From assembly GCA_963677485.1 (NCBI GenBank), contig OY781964.1:5088001-5152000 (forward strand): 64,000 nt of DNA, written 5' to 3'. Position numbers and translations under genes: made by a program. Each line of letters starts with the position of its first letter. Position 1 is the first letter of the stretch. Below are positions 1 through 8,187 of the stretch, piece after piece. This DNA comes from Armatimonadota bacterium. Lineage in GTDB: Bacteria > Armatimonadota > HRBIN16. The notes beneath the pieces were generated by a model that worked only from the letters and a program-made list of their open reading frames with translations, was not told the DNA's origin and made no database searches.

Positions 1-136
1 ACGGCAGTAGATTGCCATGAGTGTCATTGGAATGCAGGATTGTGAGCTGGTAATACCTGGGGGCATCTGCATGAGACATCCCCGCAAACATGAACAGTGC
101 GACTGTGGCCACGACCAGCGATTTGATACGAACCAT
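1..136 (-). CDS. Partial (runs off window) putative lipoprotein/secreted protein
   Basis: ATG at 136 with a GGAGGT RBS. Translates MVRIKSLVVATVALFMFAGC..., a lipobox-like signal, and stays open to the window edge. Confidence 0.55.
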   Translation of the reverse strand, partial: MVRIKSLVVATVALFMFAGMSHADAPRYYQLTILHSNDTHGNLLP

Positions 137-151
137 GATCTACCTCCAAAG

Positions 152-1231
152 CTATACAGAAAGTTGCATGAACTCCTTGGGTGAGTATGTGAGGCACTCA
201 CATCCGCTTTCGGTGATCACCACATCATCTTCTATGCGGACGCCACCGATACCATCGATATAAATCCCGGGTTCTACGGTCATCACCATACCTGGACGCA
301 GCACAAGCTCACTCAGCGTAGATAACCCCTTGCCATCATGAACCTCTAGACCAAGACTATGTCCCAGTCCATGCTTGAACTTATCGCCATAGCCGGCTTC
401 GGTGATCACCTGCCGTGCGACGGCATCTACTTCTTTACCAGTCATCCCAGGCTTAATCACATCAAGAGCCGCCATTTGCGCCTTCAAGACCACATCGTAT
501 ATATGGCGTAATTCATCAGAAACCGGCCCCAACGCGACGGTGCGAGTGATATCGCTGCAATAGCCTCTGCACTCGGCACCAAAGTCCATCGTGATCATAT
601 CGCCAGATTGCAGCAGCCTGCCAGAGGGTTCTGCATGGGGCATCGCGCTGCGTTCACCTGAGGCGATAATGGTGTCAAAACTGGGGCGACTGGCACCCAT
701 CTGCCTCATCATGAACTCAATCTGTATACACAGCTCGATTTCGGATAAACCCGCATGGATTTTTGGTAGTATGGCTTGAAAGGTGTCATCTGCGATCTGA
801 CAGGCGTGGGCTATGGTCTGTAGTTCGCCCTCATCCTTCACAAGCCGCATTGGTTCGATGATTTCCTCGCAAGGAACCAACTGCAGTGAGGGGTTAAATC
901 TCTTCTTCCATCGGTCATATGTAAGAACAGTGACACACGCACCCTCAAACCCTAGTTTATGAACATGTCCATTGATCTGAGCTGCCAAAGGATCATCAGA
1001 GAACTGCTGAGGTACCAAAACTTGGTAATCAACCGCTTCCTGTGTGGCTTGGAGCGTGTAGCGGCCATCTGTGAACAACTGAGCCTTATCTTGCGTTATC
1101 AGCAATGTGGCAGCACTACCGGTAAAGCCGCTAAGGAAGCGCACGTTACGCAGATTGGTGATGAGTACCCCATCTAGCGATAGCTGGCTGATCATCGACC
1201 GTAATAGTCCGATTCTGAAGGCGTAATTCAT
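152..1231 (-). CDS. Xaa-Pro aminopeptidase/dipeptidase (M24B)
   Basis: Creatinase-like N-domain. Motifs DFGA..GYCSDITRT, HGLGHSLGLEVHD, TVEPGIY, GGVRIEDD. Confidence 0.95.
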   Translation of the reverse strand: MNYAFRIGLLRSMISQLSLDGVLITNLRNVRFLSGFTGSAATLLITQDKAQLFTDGRYTLQATQEAVDYQVLVPQQFSDDPLAAQINGHVHKLGFEGACVTVLTYDRWKKRFNPSLQLVPCEEIIEPMRLVKDEGELQTIAHACQIADDTFQAILPKIHAGLSEIELCIQIEFMMRQMGASRPSFDTIIASGERSAMPHAEPSGRLLQSGDMITMDFGAECRGYCSDITRTVALGPVSDELRHIYDVVLKAQMAALDVIKPGMTGKEVDAVARQVITEAGYGDKFKHGLGHSLGLEVHDGKGLSTLSELVLRPGMVMTVEPGIYIDGIGGVRIEDDVVITESGCECLTYSPKEFMQLSV

Positions 1232-1689
1232 TGTAGGCGGCTATCCTCTACCACATACTTAATGGCTTCTAGAGCCAGCAAATAACTCATCGCACCAAAA
1301 CCGCTGATCACTCCCTGACTCACGGCACCAGTGACAGATTCGTGACGGAAGGATTCCCGGCCAAATATATTACTGAGGTGTACTTCAATCACCGGCAGCC
1401 TGATGGCTGTGATGGCATCACGGATGGCCACGCTGTAGTGGGTATATGCAGCAGGATTGATGACGACGCCTCGGGCAGTTAGCCGGGCCTGATGCAAGGC
1501 CTCGACAATATCACCTTCGTGATTGCTCTGAACGATTTGAAGTTCTAATCCGAGAGCTTCCGCTCTGGCGCGCATTTTATTGTTGATATCCTCTAGCCCT
1601 AAGTGTCCGTAAACCTCAGTTTCACGAATCCCCAGTAAATTGAGGTTAGGACCATGGATGACTGCAATTTTAATCAGTGGTTTCTTCAT
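1228..1689 (-). CDS. aroQ: Type II 3-dehydroquinate dehydratase
   Basis: HGPNLNLLGIRE..YG, QSNHEG, INPAAYTHYS, EVHLSN. Confidence 0.97.
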   Translation of the reverse strand: MKKPLIKIAVIHGPNLNLLGIRETEVYGHLGLEDINNKMRARAEALGLELQIVQSNHEGDIVEALHQARLTARGVVINPAAYTHYSVAIRDAITAIRLPVIEVHLSNIFGRESFRHESVTGAVSQGVISGFGAMSYLLALEAIKYVVEDSRLQ

Positions 1690-1861
1690 CTAGTACTGAT
1701 GCCTCCTCAGGAAGTAAGTTGACGATACCGTCTTCAATTTCGTATACACGATGACACAATGGGCATAGCAGAGCATCATCATCTAGAATCTCAAGACCTG
1801 GATGATTGGCGCACGCGGGGCAGGCCAGAAGAGCAAGGACCTCAGGATCTAGCACTGACAT
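1670..1861 (-). CDS. Trm112-like small Zn-ribbon protein
   Basis: LLACPAC...LLCPLCHRVYEIEDGIVNLLPEEA. Start moved to the ATG at 1861. Confidence 0.85.
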   Translation of the reverse strand: MSVLDPEVLALLACPACANHPGLEILDDDALLCPLCHRVYEIEDGIVNLLPEEASVLDEETTD

Positions 1862-1865
1862 GTTT

Positions 1866-2972
1866 TTACCCAACACCCGGTTCAGACAACACTGCCTTCA
1901 ATGCTGATACAAAGCCTTCGCATTGAGCCGCTGTGCCTGTAGTAATGCGAAGATATTCCGGCATTCCGAATACATCACCTGTACGCACAATGTATCCCTT
2001 CCTCATCAAAGCGTGGAAGACATCATTGGCTCTCGGACCTACACGCACCATGATACTGTTGCTGACACTCGGTATGGTTTCTAAGCCCATCATCGTGAAT
2101 TGCAGGTCCATATACTGAATCATCTTTTTGTTTTGTGCGAGCACCATTTCAATAAACTTCACATCATCAAGTGCCGCTAATGCCGCGGCCTGCGCTACAG
2201 AATTGACATTGAATGGTTCGCGGATTCTATCCAAAGCATTGATGATGGAGGCGTCGGCGATACCATACCCCACGCGTAGACCTGCCAGTCCATACGCCTT
2301 ACTGAATGTCCGAAGTACCATGACAGGCGCTCCAGCCTTCACAAGCGCGATGGAATCGGGATAGTCAGGGGCATCCTGGGCGTATTCCCAGTAGGCTTCA
2401 TCCATGACTAAAATGGCACCCTCTGGGAGTTTTCCTATGAGGTATTCTACATCACTCTGGGTAATGTAGGTTCCAGTGGGATTGTTAGGATTGGGGATGA
2501 TGACAAGGCGTGTCTTTTCTGTCAGCATCTCCGCCATCGCTTTCACATCGAATGTCCAGTTACGGGTAGGTACGCTCACGGTGGTGACATTAGCCAACCT
2601 TGCGGCTGTAGCATACTGCATAAAGGTAGGATGACCTGTCATCAATTCAGTGCCATCATGTAAGCATCCGACACCAAGATAGTAGATAATTTCATCCGAG
2701 CCGTTACCGAACATCAGCATATCGGCATCTATGTCGTGCTTATCTTTAAGTGCCTGCCGCAGCTTATAACAGTATCCGTCCGGGTATAAATTGAGGCTAT
2801 CCAATGACGCCTTAGCCGCCGATACACCTTTAGGTGATGGTCCAAATGGGTTTTCATTACTTGCCAGTTTCACAACTTCGGAAATGCCCAGTTCGCGTTT
2901 GACATCTTCAATTGGCTTGCCTGGGCTATACGGCTTCATGCCTAGTATATGCGGCTTCACAAAACGGCTCAT
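1866..2972 (-). CDS. hisC: Histidinol-phosphate aminotransferase
   Basis: PYSPGKPI, KLASNENP, NPNNPTG, DEAY, RTFSKAYGLAGLRVGY. Confidence 0.95.
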   Translation of the reverse strand: MSRFVKPHILGMKPYSPGKPIEDVKRELGISEVVKLASNENPFGPSPKGVSAAKASLDSLNLYPDGYCYKLRQALKDKHDIDADMLMFGNGSDEIIYYLGVGCLHDGTELMTGHPTFMQYATAARLANVTTVSVPTRNWTFDVKAMAEMLTEKTRLVIIPNPNNPTGTYITQSDVEYLIGKLPEGAILVMDEAYWEYAQDAPDYPDSIALVKAGAPVMVLRTFSKAYGLAGLRVGYGIADASIINALDRIREPFNVNSVAQAAALAALDDVKFIEMVLAQNKKMIQYMDLQFTMMGLETIPSVSNSIMVRVGPRANDVFHALMRKGYIVRTGDVFGMPEYLRITTGTAAQCEGFVSALKAVLSEPGVG

Positions 2973-2998
2973 TATATTCCTCCGATTTCACTACCTGT

Positions 2999-3041
2999 AA
3001 AAAAGTACACGGGGGGCATACTCTACCCCCCGTGCCTTTTT
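2999..3041. terminator. Bidirectional intrinsic terminator ending the 3074-12774 operon
   Basis: Stem CACGGGGGG/CCCCCCGTG flanked by an A-tract and a T-tract. Confidence 0.8.
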
Positions 3042-3073
3042 ACACTCAGATATTCCTAAGATAGCGAGTAGAA

Positions 3074-3826
3074 TTACTCGCCCTCCATCGAACCTACGTT
3101 CAATTCGAGGTTAGCACGGTCCTCGACACGGTCGATGACACCGTCTCTAATCCACACGATACGGTCAGATACGTCCAGCATCTTCAAGTCGTGCGTTGCA
3201 GAGATAATGGTGACATTATTATCTTCGTTAAGCTCACGAAGAAGTTCGATAATCTCTTTACCTGTTTTACTGTCCAGGTTACCAGTTGGCTCGTCGGCCA
3301 GAATGATGGAAGGACTGTTAGCCAGTGCGCGAGCGCAAGCGACACGCTGCTGTTGTCCACCCGACATCTCATTGGGTTTATGATGTAATCTTTCGCCCAG
3401 ACCGACCTTCTTGAGCAGCTCAATGCCCTTGTCAATGGCATCGTCAGTGCTTAAACCGGCGAAGATCATTGGCAGGGTTACATTTTCAAGAGCAGTCATG
3501 TTTTTCAGAAGGTTGAATGTCTGGAAGATGTATCCAATAGTGCGGCAACGGAGGAACGCAAGCTCTTTAGCATCAAGCTGAGCCATGTCTACATCATTAA
3601 TAAACACACTACCGCTTGATGGTCGGTCAAGACCGCCAATCGCGTTAAAGAGTGTGGACTTACCAGAGCCAGAAGGACCCATGATGGACACATATTCGCC
3701 ACGCTTAACGTCGAGGTTCACTCCGTTCAGAGCGCGGAACGTCACCGTACCCATCGTGTATTCCTTGATGATATCTTTACAGCGAACTACATTTTCTACG
3801 CTGTCTATCTTATTATTAGACGCCAT
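3074..3826 (-). CDS. MacB/LolD-type ABC ATPase
   Basis: Walker [18 protein letters not shown], signature MSGGQQQRV, Walker [13 protein letters not shown]-loop ATHD. Confidence 0.95.
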   Translation of the reverse strand: MASNNKIDSVENVVRCKDIIKEYTMGTVTFRALNGVNLDVKRGEYVSIMGPSGSGKSTLFNAIGGLDRPSSGSVFINDVDMAQLDAKELAFLRCRTIGYIFQTFNLLKNMTALENVTLPMIFAGLSTDDAIDKGIELLKKVGLGERLHHKPNEMSGGQQQRVACARALANSPSIILADEPTGNLDSKTGKEIIELLRELNEDNNVTIISATHDLKMLDVSDRIVWIRDGVIDRVEDRANLELNVGSMEGE

Positions 3827-3853
3827 ATTACAGAAGACCCCCGAATGATTCTG

Positions 3854-4483
3854 TTAGATTTCAACCCGAAGCGCGGCAGCGGCTGGCATTTTTGAAGCGA
3901 CATACGCCGGAGCGATCGTCGCTAATACCGAAAGAATAGTGCCTATTGCCAAAGCTAGTCCAAGCAATAATAACGATGATGTCATATCCATGTAGTGAAA
4001 GACCTTCATGCCCGTTGAGAACATGCGGATGACCACTACAGATCCGAAGCCAAGTATCCAGCCTAAGACTGACGACAGCAAACCTGTCATCATCGATTCG
4101 ATAAAGAAAAGTTGAACGATGAAACCATCATAAGCACCCAAACACTTCATGGTACCTATTTCTTGATATCGCTCAGTAACTGACATCAACATGGCATTAA
4201 TAATGCCAACGAGGCACACGATCAGGCTCATGGCGGTTAACCATGTCATCCTTACCTTTTCCGAAGCGTCTATAGCTCCGCCCGAATTGGCTTGGATCAT
4301 ACCTGCGGTCTTAACAGACACAAAGAAGGCGATACCAAGTACGGTACCTGCAGCAGTGATCACTGTTCGTCCAAACCTTTGACGGACACTTTGCAGTGCG
4401 ATATGCACAGCGGTCTTCAAAGGAAGCGAAAGAGATTCACTTTTTTTCGTATTAGTATTTCTACTTGTCATGCGTTGTTGCAT
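3854..4483 (-). CDS. Small FtsX/MacB-type (type VII ABC) permease lacking a periplasmic domain
   Basis: Four hydrophobic segments. GIINAMLMSVTERYQEIGTMKCLGA coupling motif; C-terminal PAYVASKMPAAAALR. Alternative start at 4471. Confidence 0.9.
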   Translation of the reverse strand: MQQRMTSRNTNTKKSESLSLPLKTAVHIALQSVRQRFGRTVITAAGTVLGIAFFVSVKTAGMIQANSGGAIDASEKVRMTWLTAMSLIVCLVGIINAMLMSVTERYQEIGTMKCLGAYDGFIVQLFFIESMMTGLLSSVLGWILGFGSVVVIRMFSTGMKVFHYMDMTSSLLLLGLALAIGTILSVLATIAPAYVASKMPAAAALRVEI

Positions 4484-4883
4484 CCTCCAGCCGAAAACCG
4501 ATCAGTTTCCTCTCGGTCAGCATCTTCAGAAACATGCCCACAGACTTTTCCACTTCGATACGGCTCATTTTTGTGCGCACCATCATCCGTCGGATGATCG
4601 TATCCATTGTGGTTTCATCGTCAATGAAATTCCACACGCATGAGCCGATTTCATCTAATTGGATCTGCCTGAAAGGCGGTAACTTAAACATGCGCACAGC
4701 CCAGCCAAATGCTGTACCCTTCATGTTCACGGGTGCTTTAAGCAAAACATCGCCATCGACCTCAGTGATTTCCACCAAGGGATTGCGAACCGGTACCATT
4801 TTCAGAATATCACTACGATCATACTGCTGTTTATCTCGAAGCAGTGGTATTCTCTGCGTAAAGAACTGCTTTATAGAAGTCAA
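4461..4883 (-). CDS. PqqD-family / RiPP-recognition-element-like protein
   Basis: IQLDEIGSCVWNFIDDETTMDTII...VEKSVGMFLKMLTERKLI fits the PqqD winged-helix pattern. Confidence 0.8.
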   Translation of the reverse strand: MTSIKQFFTQRIPLLRDKQQYDRSDILKMVPVRNPLVEITEVDGDVLLKAPVNMKGTAFGWAVRMFKLPPFRQIQLDEIGSCVWNFIDDETTMDTIIRRMMVRTKMSRIEVEKSVGMFLKMLTERKLIGFRLEDATTHDK

Positions 4884-4884
4884 T

Positions 4885-5784
4885 TTAGTGGCACTCCACT
4901 CTGCTCAGCAGAGCTTCGAATTGTTCTGGCTGCGATCGAAAGCATCTTACCGAAATAATCGCATTTGATTCGGGACAGTGCCAAGCCGCAAACCGATGAA
5001 CCATTGGATACCTTAGCAAGGCAAAAAGAACATCCCTCGCTAACGTTGAGCCAGGTTTGCTGCGAAACTGTCCAATATACGCCTGGTGGCCGTTGATCAG
5101 CCGATCCTCGGTGGTCACCTGGTTGTATACCTTCCAGTCAGCAAACTGATTGACCCATTCCCGCACGCTCCAGCGTTTCAGACTGACGTCAGCCAATCCC
5201 CATTTTTCGACAATCACTTCTTCGGCGAATTTCTTGAATGGCATCTTGAGATACCCGGACATCATCTTAGGCTTGTCAAGAAGTAACTTCTTAGGCACTG
5301 CAAACTGAACGCCCATTAGTCCCCATACGTCCCAGCCATCGTCTGAGTGATCCGTGATCCTGTTGACCAAATCTTTATATACTGACTGAACAGGGTCTTG
5401 ATGCCGCCCCACTACTTGCCCGATGATGACCCGTCCACAGCCAGGACAGATTTTGCCGAATCCATAGACAGTTCTGTCCGCGATATAACGGTAAGCCAGG
5501 ATTCCATTACCGTCAATTGGTTCGATACGGGCTGTGAACTTTTCCTTCTTTTTCTTGGCTAGTTTTTCAACATCCGTTAAATACGCATCGACACGCCTGG
5601 CCAGATTGTCTTTTTTTCGTGAAGGCATCCATCGAAGCTCTGCGATAATACTACCAGCAGAATCAACTCTCAGAAGCCCCTCTTTACGATTACCTTGAAA
5701 ACCAGCAAAACTCCAGTCTTCAGGTAAGGTAATTCCCACGCCTTGCCAGCCAATACGCTGGTTGCGATTCGACTTCGTATTCAA
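4885..5784 (-). CDS. Hypothetical cytoplasmic protein with two internal repeats
   Basis: 299-aa ORF with a TTG start, tightly coupled to its neighbours. No signal peptide; repeated Trp/Pro and Cys/His patterns. Confidence 0.75.
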   Translation of the reverse strand: MNTKSNRNQRIGWQGVGITLPEDWSFAGFQGNRKEGLLRVDSAGSIIAELRWMPSRKKDNLARRVDAYLTDVEKLAKKKKEKFTARIEPIDGNGILAYRYIADRTVYGFGKICPGCGRVIIGQVVGRHQDPVQSVYKDLVNRITDHSDDGWDVWGLMGVQFAVPKKLLLDKPKMMSGYLKMPFKKFAEEVIVEKWGLADVSLKRWSVREWVNQFADWKVYNQVTTEDRLINGHQAYIGQFRSKPGSTLARDVLFALLRYPMVHRFAAWHCPESNAIISVRCFRSQPEQFEALLSRVECH

Positions 5785-5792
5785 ATGTTAAG

Positions 5793-6002
5793 TCAGGCCT
5801 TCTTGTCATCGGAGTGATCCGAGATAGCCGGCTTTTCATCGCCGTTAACCAGGTCGTTTGTCGCCTTCTTGAATTCCTTCAAACTCTCCCCAACAGCGTG
5901 AGCTAATTCTGGAAGCTTTTTTGCTCCAAACAGCACAAAGATGATGAGGATGATAGGCCACATCTCTGACCATGCAGGCATGTACATAAGAACCATTTCC
6001 AT
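5793..6002 (-). CDS. tatA: Twin-arginine translocase TatA/E subunit
   Basis: One TM followed by the FGAKKLPELAHAVGESLKEFKKA amphipathic helix. GAGAGG RBS before the ATG at 6002. Confidence 0.92.
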   Translation of the reverse strand: MEMVLMYMPAWSEMWPIILIIFVLFGAKKLPELAHAVGESLKEFKKATNDLVNGDEKPAISDHSDDKKA

Positions 6003-6056
6003 CGGTGTGTTTCCTCTCGGGGGCGCAGATTGCAATGCACCCCCAATTTCATTATA

Positions 6057-8057
6057 TCAATATGGCAGGTAGGATACTGATCGGCCTATGATAGCTAAAG
6101 CTATCGAAGCCATACCAATTAGTCCCATACCACACGAGAAACCGGCTAGAAGAACTGGAGCCCACATTCGCCATGTTTCAGCACCGAACCGCTTGGCGAA
6201 ATACTTCTGCGAGAGAAGTGTTCCACATAGAAGCGGGATGGTATTGTGAGGCAGTGCACCTACTCCACCAATCAGTCCGTAGTAAGTCAGCATCGGCCAC
6301 TTAAGAACCGCAAACATTCCGTAAAGCGCTAAGCCGACGCCCGCACCGATACCAATCCTGTTCAAACTCAGGGCATCCATCAACCAGCTTCGTGAAGAGT
6401 TGCCTGGTAGGTTGATCTGCTGCCATAAGGCTGACATCTGAGCGTTGAGTGGCCAGAACCGTTGAGCGTATGGGTATTGCGCCGATGGTATTTGGCTGCT
6501 GTTCCAGAAGAAACTCCAGAACAAGAAGCTGAACAATGGCACCACCAGGAAGATCGCTAACTCCGCCCACACAATACTGGTGAACTTGGTACTGGTCAGC
6601 TCAATTTCGCGGAAGCGCTGGGCGTAACCGCCGTAGTCTCCTATCGGAATAGGAGCGTACCAGATATCCACCCTGTCGTATTTCGTGGCTAAGATGCTCG
6701 CTTCTTTTAAGAACGGGAAGGAGACACCGCTACCGGTAAGTCCTATCATACGAGCACTGATATAGCTGTTCAATGGCGTCCATAACAGACCAAACGCTAT
6801 GAGTATCCAAAGCGGGAATGCCGGAACCATCTTGTGACCAATGATGATCATCGCGATGGTTGCGATCAACCAAGCTCCGAGGGCATAGTATATGGTCTTC
6901 GGTGTATCACCGCGTCCGGCAGGAATTGGTGCAAAACTGCCCCGCATCGCTTTTCTTTTCGCGTTTTCGATGAGTGTTTTTGCCACCATGACGATACCAA
7001 TAGCAGCCACAGCTAACTGTAGACCGATACCAATCGCCATCCAGAAGTCGATATTCACCGTTAGTGAGCCTTGAATTGATGACATCCCAGGATACCAGTT
7101 AGGTAAAAACCCGGTCTGCTGCAGAATAGTGTTACCGAAAATCTGGCACGCGATACTCGATATCGCCTGTCCATACACAATCTGTGCAGGAATGACAAAT
7201 CCAGTGATAAGCACACCAAGATCACCAGTCAGACCAAACAACGCACCAGGAAGAATATGTTCGATATTGGGTACAAGATCGAAGAATGGAATGGGGATTA
7301 TGGTCATGGCTTTACCGAACAATACCGAAGTAAAGATCGGTACACCAAGGTAGATAACTCCATAAATCAATCCAATAGCGGCACCAGTGGAGAATACTTT
7401 CCATCTCCAACTGTCTTCATTACCTTTACCCGCTTCCGCCAGGGCTGTCGCGCCAGAAGCAGCAACAGGAGCCATAGGGAATGGCAGCTTTTCAATATCG
7501 CTTGTGACTCGGAACAGAGCATATCCCAGCCCCATCCACATCATACGACCTAGAACTTCGAAGGCTAACAACAACGCGATCGGAATGATCCAGTCCTTGT
7601 GCATAAAGCTTCTATGCAGGATCGCGGCACTATCGGGTTGAGGTACGGCCCATCTTGGTATCTGTTCTACGATGGGAGCCGCAGCCGGAGACTGGACAAA
7701 ATATTGCAACCAGACAAGGTTAGCAAAAGGTCCACCAGATAAACCTAATCCACCTACCATACCAGTAAGTGCAGAGGCGACATAGAATAATATATATATT
7801 TCCTGGCGCTTAAGTGGGGCGAAGCTTCTTCGAGCTACTTCGGCAAAAAGCACGATGGTGACCCATTGTGCCGCCGGCCCCAAACCCTGTCCTGCCACGA
7901 GACCCAAATAGATAGCTCCGGGCATCATGATCATGGCCACGAAGAGCGTACCAAATAGCGTTCTCGAAGAGAATCCCTCTTCGAATACTACTTTGTTCTC
8001 ATCGCTAGACTGCGCTTCAGAACGTTGCCGAGCTAATACCAGTTCGTCAACAGCCAA
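6057..8057 (-). CDS. OPT/YSL-like oligopeptide transporter (polytopic membrane protein)
   Basis: Many TMs. KLPFPMAPVAASGATALAE resembles the OPT 'L.FP.G.A.A' motif. TTG start at 8057 follows GGAGG. Confidence 0.75.
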   Translation of the reverse strand: MAVDELVLARQRSEAQSSDENKVVFEEGFSSRTLFGTLFVAMIMMPGAIYLGLVAGQGLGPAAQWVTIVLFAEVARRSFAPLKRQEIYILFYVASALTGMVGGLGLSGGPFANLVWLQYFVQSPAAAPIVEQIPRWAVPQPDSAAILHRSFMHKDWIIPIALLLAFEVLGRMMWMGLGYALFRVTSDIEKLPFPMAPVAASGATALAEAGKGNEDSWRWKVFSTGAAIGLIYGVIYLGVPIFTSVLFGKAMTIIPIPFFDLVPNIEHILPGALFGLTGDLGVLITGFVIPAQIVYGQAISSIACQIFGNTILQQTGFLPNWYPGMSSIQGSLTVNIDFWMAIGIGLQLAVAAIGIVMVAKTLIENAKRKAMRGSFAPIPAGRGDTPKTIYYALGAWLIATIAMIIIGHKMVPAFPLWILIAFGLLWTPLNSYISARMIGLTGSGVSFPFLKEASILATKYDRVDIWYAPIPIGDYGGYAQRFREIELTSTKFTSIVWAELAIFLVVPLFSFLFWSFFWNSSQIPSAQYPYAQRFWPLNAQMSALWQQINLPGNSSRSWLMDALSLNRIGIGAGVGLALYGMFAVLKWPMLTYYGLIGGVGALPHNTIPLLCGTLLSQKYFAKRFGAETWRMWAPVLLAGFSCGMGLIGMASIALAIIGRSVSYLPY

Positions 8058-8135
8058 CGGATTAACCTCCCTATCGCACCGTTTAGATTGCACCTGCCGG
8101 TGCTTACTCTTACGAGAAGTTGATGATATCTTCAT

Positions 8136-8174
8136 GTCTTAGGAGAGCGATACGAAATACCGCTCTCCTAAGAC
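8136..8174. other. Intra-operon perfect 14-bp stem-loop
   Basis: GTCTTAGGAGAGCG-N11-CGCTCTCCTAAGAC, with no U-tract on the transcribed strand. Confidence 0.8.
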
Positions 8175-8187
8175 TATCGGGTTCAAT

